Counted from the first letter of the stretch, positions 1 to 9,656 are shown. The stretch is DNA of 64,000 nucleotides from an uncultured Alphaproteobacteria bacterium (GCA_944391425.1 CALXTO010000006.1:68-64067), one strand, 5' to 3'. Notes: generated from the sequence alone by a model not told the origin. A program made the numbers and translations.

Positions 1-18
1 TCCACCAATTCAAAAACA

Positions 19-51
19 AAATCGCAGCTTTTTAAGAACTGCGGTTTTTTT
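19..51 (-). terminator. Putative rho-independent terminator downstream of yraN (possibly bidirectional)
   Basis: The stem pairs about 19-27 with 39-47 (core CGCAG/CTGCG plus A:T extension). An A-run lies on one side and T7 on the other. It sits about 70 nt downstream of the yraN stop on the minus strand. Confidence 0.45.
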
Positions 52-117
52 GACAGACAAACTTTCAATGCCGGAATCAAAACAATCCAAAATTATCCGC
101 AGGGGCAGGCTTGAATC

Positions 118-468
118 TTAAAAAGCATTTTTAATATGCCGGAAGGTAAATGGAAATTTGATCAGCACCGCATCAAAACGGATGTCCCAGCCTGCATATT
201 TGGGATGCGTCATCAAAAAAGCTTCGGCGCTGCGGCGAATTCGTTCGCGTTGCTGAACAAGAACGGAGTAAGCGGCGGTTCGGATATCCGCACGTTTCTT
301 TATTTCAATGAAAACCAAGGTTTTTCCCCGGCGCATAATCAAATCTACTTCCCCGGCTCCGGTACCCCGGCCAAAGCGAAAGTTGCGGGCGACGGGAAAA
401 TAGCCTTTGCAAATCAGCCATAACATGGCAATCGTTTCGGCAAAATGTCCGCTGTGATAGTTATTCAT
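118..468 (-). CDS. yraN: YraN family (UPF0102) endonuclease-like protein
   Basis: 116-aa ORF with a GEVDLI...FIEIKKR core typical of the UPF0102/YraN restriction-endonuclease-like fold. It overlaps the rsmI stop by 8 nt. The rsmI/lpoA/yraN neighbourhood is the classic one. Confidence 0.85.
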   Translation of the reverse strand: MNNYHSGHFAETIAMLWLICKGYFPVARNFRFGRGTGAGEVDLIMRRGKTLVFIEIKKRADIRTAAYSVLVQQRERIRRSAEAFLMTHPKYAGWDIRFDAVLIKFPFTFRHIKNAF

Positions 469-1291
469 TTTTTATTCTCAAAGCCAGTTCATAAATTTCA
501 TTTTTGTTAAAACCGTATTTTTCAACCAGATTCCGAACAGCCGTTTTAAGACTGTTTTGCGCCAGTTCTTGCCGTAGAAGATCTTCGGCGTTTTGATACG
601 GTTTTTCTTTTTCGGCGGGCGGCGACACCATCAAAACCATTTCGCCGCGCGGCTCATTTTTTTCAAACCGGCAGATAAGTTCTTCCGCCGTTCCGTTCAG
701 GCATTCTTCATACATTTTGGTAATCTCGCGGGCGACGGACATTTCCCGATTACCGAAAACTTCTCCGGCTTTTTTCAGAGTTTTGACAATACGGTTGGCT
801 GTTTCGTAAAAAATCAGCGTGGCATCTATACCTTTCAGGTTATTGAATAAATCTTCCCTCGCTTTATCTTTATTGGGAATAAAACCGGCAAACATAAATT
901 TGTTGGTTGGCAGGCCAGAGAGTTGTAAAGCACAAATCAGAGCGCAGGGTCCGGGAATAGTGTAAACACAAACGCCTTCTTGCCGGCAGCGGCGAATCAA
1001 TTTGTAGCCCGGATCCGAAATCAACGGGCTGCCGGCGTCGCTGATCAGGGCAATGCTGTTGCCGTTTTTCGCCATTTCCAGGATTCCGGCGGCATGCTCT
1101 TCCTCGTTATGGTCATGAAGCGTTATAAACGGTTTGCGGGTTTCCAGCCCCAGCAGGGTAAACAGCTTTTTGGCGATTCGGGTATCTTCACAGGCAATGA
1201 CGTCGGCGTTTTGTAAAACACTGCGCGCTCTTTCCGAAACATCAGCCATGTTGCCTATTGGAGTTGCAACGATATAAATGCCGTTTTTCAA
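461..1291 (-). CDS. rsmI: 16S rRNA (cytidine1402-2'-O)-methyltransferase RsmI
   Basis: 276 aa. The N-terminus is YIVATPIGNMADVSERARSVLQNADVIACEDTR, and GPCA lies mid-protein. These are the hallmark tetrapyrrole-methylase-fold RsmI motifs. Confidence 0.93.
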   Translation of the reverse strand: MKNGIYIVATPIGNMADVSERARSVLQNADVIACEDTRIAKKLFTLLGLETRKPFITLHDHNEEEHAAGILEMAKNGNSIALISDAGSPLISDPGYKLIRRCRQEGVCVYTIPGPCALICALQLSGLPTNKFMFAGFIPNKDKAREDLFNNLKGIDATLIFYETANRIVKTLKKAGEVFGNREMSVAREITKMYEECLNGTAEELICRFEKNEPRGEMVLMVSPPAEKEKPYQNAEDLLRQELAQNSLKTAVRNLVEKYGFNKNEIYELALRIKNE

Positions 1292-1368
1292 AAATACCTC
1301 TCTTTACAATAAGTTTTTTTTCATCTACAACTTAAATTAAGATTGTTTCATTTTAGGATAAAAAGCAA

Positions 1369-2814
1369 GTGTTAAAAAAAATTAGTTTTTTGTTGTTATG
1401 TCTGGGAATCGCCGGCTGTTCTGGACCGCGGGTTGCCAAAATCGCCGACAGCGGCGGCAGCCAGGCTTTTAATACGGATATCAGCGAAATCAATATTGCA
1501 CCCGGTACGGACGGTTTTCGGGTCGGCGTCCTTTTGCCGCTGAGCGGTTCGGCCTCCAAATATGGGCAAGGCATGAAAAACGCAACCATGATTGCGCTGG
1601 AAGACATAAAAAACCCTAATCTGATTTTGCAATACTATGACACCAAAAGCACACCCGGAGGTGCCCGGACGGCTGTTGCTAATGCCATACGCCAGCGTTC
1701 CAACCTGATTATCGGGCCGTTGATGAGCACGGAGGTTCAGGCTATTGCCAACGAAACGATTTACCGTGGTGTTCCTGTAATTGCATTTTCGACCGCGCAG
1801 GAAGTTTTGCAGCCGACGGTTTATACCATGGGACTGCTGATAGAAGAACAGGTTGACCGGATTATGACCTTTGCCACCCAAAAAGGGAGAAGACGTTTTG
1901 CGCTGCTGTTACCGGATAATTCAACCGGAATTGCCGTTGCCAAAGCCGCTGTTAAATCGGCTCAGAAAAACAACGTAGAAGTCACCGTCATCGGTTTTTA
2001 TCCGCCGTCGACTTCCGATTTTTCGGGCATTATCAAGCAAATGACAAATTACAATGCTCGCCAGGCCAGAGCCGCCGGGATTAAGAATGCGCTGAAAAGC
2101 CGCGCCAACGCGGGCGATGCCGCCGCCCGGCGTGAACTGAAGCAAATGGAAACCCAGGTTGGAGCCGGAGATGTAGGCTTTGATGCCGTGATTATTCCTG
2201 AAAACGGTGCTAAGCTGACATCGGCGATTTCGATGTTTGCCTATTATGATGCGGCTTATCCGCAAATACAGTTTTTAGGGACGTCAGTCTGGGAAACGGG
2301 AGCTTTTAATAAAGAATCAACGATTGTCAACAGCTGGTATCCTGCAATTTCCCGAACCCACAGTGCTTATTTTGCCACTAAATATTACAATATTTTCGGC
2401 GAAAGACCGAGCAGCCTTTATTCCTTGGCATATGACGCCGTAGCCCTGGCAAATGAATTGTCCAGGCAGCAAACCGATAATTTGAATATGATAATAACGG
2501 ATCCGGATGGCTACGCCGGAATCAACGGTGCTTTCCGCTTTTTTGACGACGGAACCAATCAGCACAGCTTGGATATTGTCGAAATCCGTTCCGACGGTGA
2601 TGCCGTTATCGACGAAGCGCCGCGCCGTTTTAATGACGACGGCAGCGGACAGCGCCTGTCTCCGGTAGATTTGAGCCGGGTTTATAAAGCTCCGTCCATT
2701 TACGGCAAAGATACCGCAACTGCCCAAATTGCCATCTACGGTGCGGTTTTGCCGGAAAACGGGTATTATCAGGCGCCGACGGTGTCGGAAGGCTTTGACG
2801 TCGTTATTCCCTAA
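1369..2814 (+). CDS. Penicillin-binding protein activator LpoA-like lipoprotein (type-1 periplasmic binding fold)
   Basis: GTG start. Lipobox LLLCLGIAGC. The Leu/Ile/Val-binding-protein-like core includes VGVLLPLSG...YGQG. It is divergent from rsmI, as lpoA is in other proteobacteria. Confidence 0.75.
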   Translation: MLKKISFLLLCLGIAGCSGPRVAKIADSGGSQAFNTDISEINIAPGTDGFRVGVLLPLSGSASKYGQGMKNATMIALEDIKNPNLILQYYDTKSTPGGARTAVANAIRQRSNLIIGPLMSTEVQAIANETIYRGVPVIAFSTAQEVLQPTVYTMGLLIEEQVDRIMTFATQKGRRRFALLLPDNSTGIAVAKAAVKSAQKNNVEVTVIGFYPPSTSDFSGIIKQMTNYNARQARAAGIKNALKSRANAGDAAARRELKQMETQVGAGDVGFDAVIIPENGAKLTSAISMFAYYDAAYPQIQFLGTSVWETGAFNKESTIVNSWYPAISRTHSAYFATKYYNIFGERPSSLYSLAYDAVALANELSRQQTDNLNMIITDPDGYAGINGAFRFFDDGTNQHSLDIVEIRSDGDAVIDEAPRRFNDDGSGQRLSPVDLSRVYKAPSIYGKDTATAQIAIYGAVLPENGYYQAPTVSEGFDVVIP

Positions 2815-2839
2815 AACAGCAGATAAAACTAAATTTTAC

Positions 2840-2868
2840 TTGAAAATCCCCCGGGATTTGTTAAGTAT
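2840..2868 (+). promoter_or_regulatory. Putative sigma-70 promoter of ffs
   Basis: TTGAAA (2840-2845), a 17-nt spacer, then AAGTAT (2863-2868). This places the transcription start about 7 nt later, at the predicted SRP RNA 5' end. Confidence 0.45.
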
Positions 2869-2875
2869 AGCTATT

Positions 2876-2966
2876 GGAGGGCTTGCGGGTTAGCCATTCG
2901 CCAACCCGGTCAGGTCCGGAAGGAAGCAGCCGTAACGAATTAGGTTAAGGTCGCCTGCTCTCCACC
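2876..2966 (+). ncRNA. ffs: Signal recognition particle RNA (4.5S RNA)
   Basis: Contains the universally conserved domain IV sequence GGUCAGGUCCGGAAGGAAGCAGCC. The 5' GGAG pairs with the 3' CUCC to close the helix, and a T-tract follows. It lies immediately upstream of dnaX, as in many Alphaproteobacteria. The ends are approximate. Confidence 0.85.
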
Positions 2967-2990
2967 ACTTTTTATAGGTTTGAACTTTTA

Positions 2991-4703
2991 ATGGCTGAAG
3001 AAATTCAAAAACAAGAAGATTACGTCGTTCTGGCTCGCAAATACCGCCCGCAAAACTTCAACGAACTGTTGGGGCAGGATGCTCTTGTGCAAACGCTGAC
3101 CAATGCCATTAAAAACAATCGCCTGCATCATGCTTATATTCTGACCGGAATTCGCGGCGTGGGCAAAACCACCACTGCCCGCATTATTGCCAAAGCACTG
3201 AACTGTACCGGCAAAGACGGGCACAGCGAGCCGACTGTCAATCCCTGCGGCATTTGCGAGAATTGCCGGGCAATTGCAGAATCCCGTCATATTGACGTTT
3301 TGGAACTTGATGCGGCATCGCGTACCAGTGTGGATGATATTCGCGAAATTTTGGACGGTGTGCGTTATAAACCGACCAATGCCCGTTACAAGATTTACAT
3401 CATCGACGAAGTCCATATGCTTTCCAAGAGCGCGTTTAATGCTTTGCTCAAGACTCTGGAAGAACCGCCGTCACACGTTATTTTCATTTTTGCAACAACC
3501 GAAATCCGCAAAGTTCCGATAACGGTTTTGTCTCGTTGTCAGCGTTTTGATTTACAGCGGCTGACGATTGAAACTCTGATGAAACATTTTCAAAACATCA
3601 TTCAAAAAGAAGGCCTGGAAGCCGAGGATGAAGCCTTGCACCTGATTGCCAAAGCAGCCGATGGGTCCTGCCGCGACGGACTTTCGCTTTTGGATCAGGC
3701 AATTGCCCTGGGCGGCGGTGTTATCAAAACCGATATTGTCAAAAACATGATTGGCCTGGCTGACCGCAGTCAGACATTTGAACTGTTTGAAAAGCTGCTT
3801 GGAGGCAAACTTGAAGAGGTTACCGCCAATTTGACGGAACAGTATAAAAACGGAGCAAATCCGCTGACAATTCTGCAAGATCTGATCAATACTACTCACA
3901 TGGTGGCAAAAGCCAAGATTGTTCCGGCTTTTGCCAAAGATGACAGCCTGTCAGAAAGCGAAAAAGAACTTTGCCAGAAACTGGCGCCGACAACGTCAAT
4001 CGCCGTTCTTTCCAAAATCTGGCAAATGATGATAAAAGGTCTTGGCGAATTGAATTTGGCGCCGGTGCAGATTGATGCTTTGGAAATGATTTTGATCCGC
4101 ATTGCTTATTCCGCAAGCCTGCCGACGCCGTATGAAATTTTAAACGACGTAAAAAAAAACTCTAAATTAGACGCGCCCGCTGCCGTTGTTGCCGCTGCAG
4201 CCAAACGCCCGGAACCCGTTTTCGCTCCGGCGGTTCCGATTCGGGAAAAAAACGCTGCCGATGTTACGGGAGAGATCTTTAACAAACCGGAAGAGCTGAT
4301 CGCTTATTTGGAAGCCTCTAAAAAGATGCTTTTGGTTTACAGCCTCAAAAACGACGTTTCTTTTGAGGAATTCTCCCAAGGACGAATCAAAATGGCCGCC
4401 TCGGATAAAATCAATAATGATTTTCTGCTCAATCTGCAAAAAATTTTGGCCGAGGCGACCGGGCGGAAATGGGAAATTGAAATCAGTCGCGGACAACTGG
4501 GCGAAACCATTGCCGATCGGGAAAAAGCCCAGGATACCGCCAACAAGAAAAATGTATCCGATCTGCCGCTGGTAAAAGCGATTTTGAGCGAATTTAAAGG
4601 CTCCAAAATCGAAACGCTGACCCGCAAAATCAACCGGACAACAGAAGAGGATGAAGAAACCTCTTTTGAGGAAAATGAAACCTATTTTGATGAGGATTTA
4701 TAA
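2991..4703 (+). CDS. dnaX: DNA polymerase III subunit gamma/tau
   Basis: 570 aa. Walker A GIRGVGKTT, a Zn module CGICENC, Walker B IYIIDEVHML and SRC (LSRCQRF). Confidence 0.96.
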   Translation: MAEEIQKQEDYVVLARKYRPQNFNELLGQDALVQTLTNAIKNNRLHHAYILTGIRGVGKTTTARIIAKALNCTGKDGHSEPTVNPCGICENCRAIAESRHIDVLELDAASRTSVDDIREILDGVRYKPTNARYKIYIIDEVHMLSKSAFNALLKTLEEPPSHVIFIFATTEIRKVPITVLSRCQRFDLQRLTIETLMKHFQNIIQKEGLEAEDEALHLIAKAADGSCRDGLSLLDQAIALGGGVIKTDIVKNMIGLADRSQTFELFEKLLGGKLEEVTANLTEQYKNGANPLTILQDLINTTHMVAKAKIVPAFAKDDSLSESEKELCQKLAPTTSIAVLSKIWQMMIKGLGELNLAPVQIDALEMILIRIAYSASLPTPYEILNDVKKNSKLDAPAAVVAAAAKRPEPVFAPAVPIREKNAADVTGEIFNKPEELIAYLEASKKMLLVYSLKNDVSFEEFSQGRIKMAASDKINNDFLLNLQKILAEATGRKWEIEISRGQLGETIADREKAQDTANKKNVSDLPLVKAILSEFKGSKIETLTRKINRTTEEDEETSFEENETYFDEDL

Positions 4704-4705
4704 AC

Positions 4706-5026
4706 ATGATGAATATTCAGGGACTTATGAAACAGGCTCAGGCCATGCAGAAGAAAATGGAAGAGGAACAGGCTAGACTGGCTGCTGAAGAGGTTGAAGG
4801 AACTTCCGGCGGCGGCATGGTCAAAATCACCCTGAACGGAAAATTCGAAATGAAAAAGCTTAATTTGGACAAATCACTGCTTGATCCGGAAGAAAGCGAA
4901 GTCTTGGAAGACCTGATTGTAGCCGCTTATAACGATGCCAAAACCAAAGTCGACGCCAAAATGCAGGAAAGCATGAGCGCCATGACCGGCGGTTTGAATC
5001 TCGGCGGATTGAAACTACCGTTTTAG
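4706..5026 (+). CDS. ybaB: YbaB/EbfC family nucleoid-associated protein
   Basis: 106 aa. Begins N-terminal to MMKQAQAMQKKMEE and contains GGGMVKITLNG. The dnaX-ybaB-recR order is canonical. Confidence 0.93.
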   Translation: MMNIQGLMKQAQAMQKKMEEEQARLAAEEVEGTSGGGMVKITLNGKFEMKKLNLDKSLLDPEESEVLEDLIVAAYNDAKTKVDAKMQESMSAMTGGLNLGGLKLPF

Positions 5027-5034
5027 AGGTTAAA

Positions 5035-5628
5035 ATGGCCGGAAATGACATTGAAAAGCTGATAAAGTTGGTAAGCAAGCTGCCTTCTCTGGGGACCCGC
5101 TCGGCCCGGAGGATTGTTCTGCACCTGCTCAAAAAGAAGGAATCGGTTATGCTGCCGCTGATTGAAGCTTTGAATGAAGTTTCCGCCAATATCCGCACTT
5201 GTGAAATTTGCGGCAATTTTGATACTTCTTCTCCTTGTTCGGTTTGCAGCTCTGCCCAGCGTGACGACACTATTCTCTGTGTGGTACAGGATGTGGCGGA
5301 TTTGTGGGCAATGGAGCGTGTTTCACTGTTTAAAGGCAAATATCATGTGCTGGGCGGCGTTTTATCGGCGCTGGAAGGTGTCGTGCCCGAGGATCTGAAT
5401 ATTGAGCCGCTGGCCAAAAGAATCTCTTCCGGCGGCATAAAAGAACTGATTCTGGCATTGCCCGCCACCATTGACGGGCAAATCACTTCGCACTATTTGT
5501 CCTCCCGTTTTAAAGACAGTGGCGTTAAAATCACTACGCTGGCGCAGGGAATCCCCATGGGGGCGGAACTGGATTATATGGACGAAGGGACTTTGCAGCT
5601 GGCACTGAATTCACGCAAGGTTTTATAA
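5035..5628 (+). CDS. recR: Recombination protein RecR
   Basis: 197 aa. HhH motif LPSLGTRSARRI, C4 zinc finger CEICGN...CSVC, and a Toprim region. Confidence 0.95.
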   Translation: MAGNDIEKLIKLVSKLPSLGTRSARRIVLHLLKKKESVMLPLIEALNEVSANIRTCEICGNFDTSSPCSVCSSAQRDDTILCVVQDVADLWAMERVSLFKGKYHVLGGVLSALEGVVPEDLNIEPLAKRISSGGIKELILALPATIDGQITSHYLSSRFKDSGVKITTLAQGIPMGAELDYMDEGTLQLALNSRKVL

Positions 5629-5678
5629 AAAGCAGATTCTTAAAAACTCTCCGGTTTACAAACAGCACCGCGATCGGT

Positions 5679-6752
5679 TTATGCCTTTCCGGTTTGTGAA
5701 GTGCTTTTAAGCTGTCCGCAGGCAGCGAGGATATCCTGCCCGCGCGCCACGCGGATCGGCGCCTCGTATCCGGCAGCTTCCAACTCCCGTGAAAAAGCAT
5801 GAACTTTGTTATTGGAACTCGGTTTAAAATCACAGCCGGGCCAGGGATTAAACGGAATCAGATTAAACTTGGCGCCCAATTTGTATTTTTTCATCAGGGC
5901 AATGAGTTCTTTCGCATCCCCAAGGGAATCATTAAAGTCTTTAAGCATCAGATATTCAAAAGTAATCATACGGCTCATGCCCATGACTTCCTGATATTTT
6001 TGACAGGCGGTAAGAATTTCTTCAATGGGGTAACGGTCGTTAATCGGCATAATCTGCGAGCGTTTTTGATTGTTGGGCGCATGCAGACTGATTGCCAGTT
6101 TAACGCCAAGCTCGGTTGCCACGGCCGGAATATGGGGAACAATTCCGGAGGTTGAAAGAGTAATCCGTCGTTTGGAAATGGCAATGCCGTCGCCGTCTGA
6201 AAGGATTTTCAGCGCTTTGAAAACATTTTCACGGTTATGCAGCGGTTCACCCATACCCATAACCACAATATTGGAGAGCATCCGCGTTTCATTAGTAGGG
6301 CTGGGCCATTCGCCGTAGGCGTCGCGGGCGGTCATAAATTGCGCAACAATTTCTCCGGCAGTCAAATTACGGGTAATTTTCTGGCTGCCGGTATGACAGA
6401 ACTTGCAACCGACCGCACAGCCGACCTGGGTAGAGATACATACGGCGCCACGGTCTTCTTCAGGGATATAAACCGTTTCGATTCGCTGTCCGTCGGCAAA
6501 CTCCAGCAACCATTTGTGGGTTTTGTCGGTAGAAATCTGCTCTGTAATGATTTTTGGGCGCGTAATTGTAAAATTTTCAGCCAATTTGGCGCGTAAATCT
6601 TTGGACAGGTTGCTCATCTGAGCAAAATCGGTTTCGCCGCGAAAATAAATCCATTGCCATAATTGCTTAGCGCGAAAAGGTTTTTCGCCGATAGCCGCAA
6701 TTTCGGCGCTTAATTCTTCTTTAGAAAGGCCGAGGAGCTCTTTTTTTTCCAT
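5679..6752 (-). CDS. rlmN: 23S rRNA/tRNA (adenine-C2)-methyltransferase RlmN (radical SAM)
   Basis: 357 aa. FRAKQLWQWIY N-terminus, radical-SAM cluster CAVGCKFC, and a C-terminal ACGQL. Confidence 0.95.
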   Translation of the reverse strand: MEKKELLGLSKEELSAEIAAIGEKPFRAKQLWQWIYFRGETDFAQMSNLSKDLRAKLAENFTITRPKIITEQISTDKTHKWLLEFADGQRIETVYIPEEDRGAVCISTQVGCAVGCKFCHTGSQKITRNLTAGEIVAQFMTARDAYGEWPSPTNETRMLSNIVVMGMGEPLHNRENVFKALKILSDGDGIAISKRRITLSTSGIVPHIPAVATELGVKLAISLHAPNNQKRSQIMPINDRYPIEEILTACQKYQEVMGMSRMITFEYLMLKDFNDSLGDAKELIALMKKYKLGAKFNLIPFNPWPGCDFKPSSNNKVHAFSRELEAAGYEAPIRVARGQDILAACGQLKSTSQTGKA

Positions 6753-7264
6753 TATTTTTTCTTACATTTATTGGAAATAGCCCGATAAGCGCTGGAAAAG
6801 CCGGAGAGAGAATAAGTATCTTTGGTGGCTGTTCCTCTGCTGGAAACGCCGTGTACGACCATACGGCTGCCGCGTTTCATTGCTTCGACGATTTCTTTAT
6901 CGGTTTTTTCGCTGGTTGCCCAGGCTTTATCGCCGCTGGTAAAGAGATGATCAAATGTTTTTGCGCCGATTTTGATTGTAACCGGCGCATCGGTTTTGTA
7001 AGTATAGCCGGCATTGATATTAACCACGTCAAAACTTTTTTCCGCCGGACGGTGGGTTACCACAACATAAATCTCGCCGCGCTTGGTATATTTGCCTTCG
7101 TCTTTTTTAGGGGCGGAAGCCATATAGCAAACCTGCCCGGCGGCATCCCTGTAATAATAGGCCACCCAGTCGCCGTATTCTCCCAAAACTTCGGGAGCTC
7201 GGGCCTCAACTGCCGAAACTCCGCCAAATACGGCTAATGCCGCTAAAAACAAAAATTTTTTCAT
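6752..7264 (-). CDS. Invasion-associated locus B (IalB) family periplasmic protein
   Basis: 170 aa with a signal peptide. The GDW.AY... and later conserved blocks match my memory of alphaproteobacterial IalB-like proteins. Its TAA stop shares 1 nt with the rlmN ATG. Confidence 0.75.
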   Translation of the reverse strand: MKKFLFLAALAVFGGVSAVEARAPEVLGEYGDWVAYYYRDAAGQVCYMASAPKKDEGKYTKRGEIYVVVTHRPAEKSFDVVNINAGYTYKTDAPVTIKIGAKTFDHLFTSGDKAWATSEKTDKEIVEAMKRGSRMVVHGVSSRGTATKDTYSLSGFSSAYRAISNKCKKK

Positions 7265-7355
7265 ACCGACATACTCACATAATGTTTAAATTTAGCATAA
7301 TAATAATTGAAAAATATATAAAAACTGTTAACTTCAAAAAAATTAAGGAAAAAAA

Positions 7356-8591
7356 ATGATCAGAGATAATTATCTGGACATTAACAAGCTGATAAAAAAC
7401 AAAAAAATTCTGCGCTTGTTTATGGTTGTCAAGCGCCATGGCGGCGTTTTGCGTTTTGTCGGCGGTGCTGTGCGGGATGCCCTGCGCGGCATAGAGGGAT
7501 CGGATTTGGATTTTGCAACCGACCTGTCGCCCGATGAGCTGGCGGAAGCCTGCCTGGAAGAGGGTTTGAAAACGGTTCCTATCGGCATAAAATTTGGTAC
7601 GGTGGGCGTTTTAATTGACGATGAGCTTGTCGAAGTCACATCCTTGCGCAAAGATGTCAAAACGGATGGGCGTCACGCCGAAATTGAATTTACCGACAAT
7701 TGGGAAGAAGACGCTTCCCGCCGCGATCTGACCATCAATGCCGTCTATGCAGATGAAAAAGGCAATGTCTTTGATTATTACAACGGCATTGAAGATTTGG
7801 AAAAAGGGCGAGTCCGCTTTATCGGTTCGGCATCGCAGCGCATCAAGGAAGATTATTTGCGTATTTTGCGCTTTTTCCGCTTTTACTCGTTGTTTGGCAG
7901 CGGCAAGCCGGATAAAAAAGCTCTGGAAGCCTGCATTGAAAACCGCGAAGGGTTAAAAAACCTTTCAATGGAAAGGATTCGCGACGAATTGTTCAAGCTG
8001 ATGCTGACGCCTCGGGCGGCTGAAACCATGCAGATTATGCAGGACAATAATATTCTCAGCTATGTTATGCCGGATGCCAAACGTATTGATGCATTGGATT
8101 TTCTGATGCGTCTGACTGCCAGCAAAAAAGTTCCCGGCAAACCGCTGCGCCGGATTTTCACAATTTATCAACCGGACGTTGCTCTGGCGGAAAATCTGGC
8201 AGTGCGTATGCGTCTCAGCCGTAAGGAAAAGCAAGAATTCATCCGCTGGGCATCAACGGATATTTCTCTCAGTGAATTTATGGATGAAAACGGTCTGCGC
8301 CGTTTGATATACACTTATGGCAAAGAATTTGCCGCAGATAAGTTTCTGCTGCTGCTTTCTAAAAATAAAGAGGCTTTGCCTGATTGGTATGCCATTTGGA
8401 AAAGTATTGAAAACATGCCAATCCCGGTTTTTCCGCTCAAAGGTAAGGATTTAATCGCAAGCGGCACGGTCTCTCAGCAGGAGATCGGCAAAAAACTGAA
8501 AGCTCTGGAAAATCTTTGGATAAACAGCGGCTTTTCTCTGGATAAAAAACAACTCCTGCAGCATTTGTCTGCTCAGGCAAAAGCAAGCTGA
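7356..8591 (+). CDS. cca: CCA tRNA nucleotidyltransferase / poly(A) polymerase family protein
   Basis: 411 aa. GGAVRDALRG....DLDFAT nucleotidyltransferase signature, followed by RRDLTINA. AAGGA SD upstream. Confidence 0.9.
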   Translation: MIRDNYLDINKLIKNKKILRLFMVVKRHGGVLRFVGGAVRDALRGIEGSDLDFATDLSPDELAEACLEEGLKTVPIGIKFGTVGVLIDDELVEVTSLRKDVKTDGRHAEIEFTDNWEEDASRRDLTINAVYADEKGNVFDYYNGIEDLEKGRVRFIGSASQRIKEDYLRILRFFRFYSLFGSGKPDKKALEACIENREGLKNLSMERIRDELFKLMLTPRAAETMQIMQDNNILSYVMPDAKRIDALDFLMRLTASKKVPGKPLRRIFTIYQPDVALAENLAVRMRLSRKEKQEFIRWASTDISLSEFMDENGLRRLIYTYGKEFAADKFLLLLSKNKEALPDWYAIWKSIENMPIPVFPLKGKDLIASGTVSQQEIGKKLKALENLWINSGFSLDKKQLLQHLSAQAKAS

Positions 8592-8609
8592 AAACAAAAA
8601 ATCCCAACC

Positions 8610-9167
8610 TTAGCTGCGTTCATGTGCGCCGCGGGTCAGGACATTAGCTTCCATCATGCGCTGCCGCTGTTTTTGCAGCTCATATTCTTTTTGGCGTTGT
8701 TCGCGCTTGCGCTGTTCCTGAGGTGTTTCGCGATAGTTGGCTTTAGCTTCGCGCAGCGCCAAAAGTCGATCAAGAATTTGTTTTTGCGATATCCCTTTGG
8801 TGTTATTTTTCAAAAAACCGATGATGTTTCCGGGAGTCAGCACGGCTTCCAGATCTTTCAGAGCCAGCTTTTGTTCGTCAGCCAAAATTTTATTGAGCTC
8901 GACTTCCAGCGCTTCATCAATATCGCCGTCGTCATCATCTAACGCTTCTTTGATAATTTTAATTAAAAAACCTTTAAACAGTTTGTTTACCAGCGTAATA
9001 AAATTACGGTTGGTAACCGTTTCATTGCCCGATGCATTCATCAGGGCAAACAAAAGCAGATGTTTAATATATTTTTTTTGCGCTGGCGACAAAGATAAGT
9101 TTCCGGTAATGCCTTTTCTTGCCGCTTTCAAAACGGTATCGCGCTCTTTTTTAAATTTTTCAACCAT
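8610..9167 (-). CDS. Hypothetical protein (charged, helical; no recognised family)
   Basis: 185-aa ORF filling the gap between cca and rppH. It has an acidic DDDDGDIDE patch and a K/R/Q-rich C-terminus. I recognise no motif. Confidence 0.55.
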   Translation of the reverse strand: MVEKFKKERDTVLKAARKGITGNLSLSPAQKKYIKHLLLFALMNASGNETVTNRNFITLVNKLFKGFLIKIIKEALDDDDGDIDEALEVELNKILADEQKLALKDLEAVLTPGNIIGFLKNNTKGISQKQILDRLLALREAKANYRETPQEQRKREQRQKEYELQKQRQRMMEANVLTRGAHERS

Positions 9168-9173
9168 GTTTTT

Positions 9174-9656
9174 TCATTCCTGCCGTTGAATTTCCTTTTT
9201 AAAGAACTCGGCAACTTTTTTATATATTTTTCTTTTGAAAGAAACAATTCGTTTGGGTGCTTCGGATATATCTACCCATTCAAAAGATTTAAACTCTATT
9301 TCTTCCGGATTGGTACAAAAATTTATTTCACTGTCCTGCCCGGTAAAATAAAACAAGACCCAACGTTGCTCCTGTCCGCGGTAAGGGCTGCCTTTTTGCT
9401 GAAAGCCGCTTAAGATTTTCGCCGGAAAATCATAACGCAGTGGCCGGGGCAGACAGGCAATATATTCAATTGAAACAATACCGGTTTCTTCTTGTAATTC
9501 CCGTCGTGCCGCGTCAATAAAATTTTCATTCTCGTCAATTCCACCCTGCGGAAACTGCCATTGAAATCCGTCCTGATCGGCGCGAGCGCACATCAGAACT
9601 TTTAAATCCTGCCGGAACACCACGATTCCGACATTTTTTCGATATTGATCCTGCAT
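9174..9656 (-). CDS. rppH: RNA pyrophosphohydrolase RppH (Nudix)
   Basis: 160 aa. Nudix box GGIDENENFIDAARRELQEETGI, with the WQFPQGG context typical of RppH. Confidence 0.92.
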   Translation of the reverse strand: MQDQYRKNVGIVVFRQDLKVLMCARADQDGFQWQFPQGGIDENENFIDAARRELQEETGIVSIEYIACLPRPLRYDFPAKILSGFQQKGSPYRGQEQRWVLFYFTGQDSEINFCTNPEEIEFKSFEWVDISEAPKRIVSFKRKIYKKVAEFFKKEIQRQE

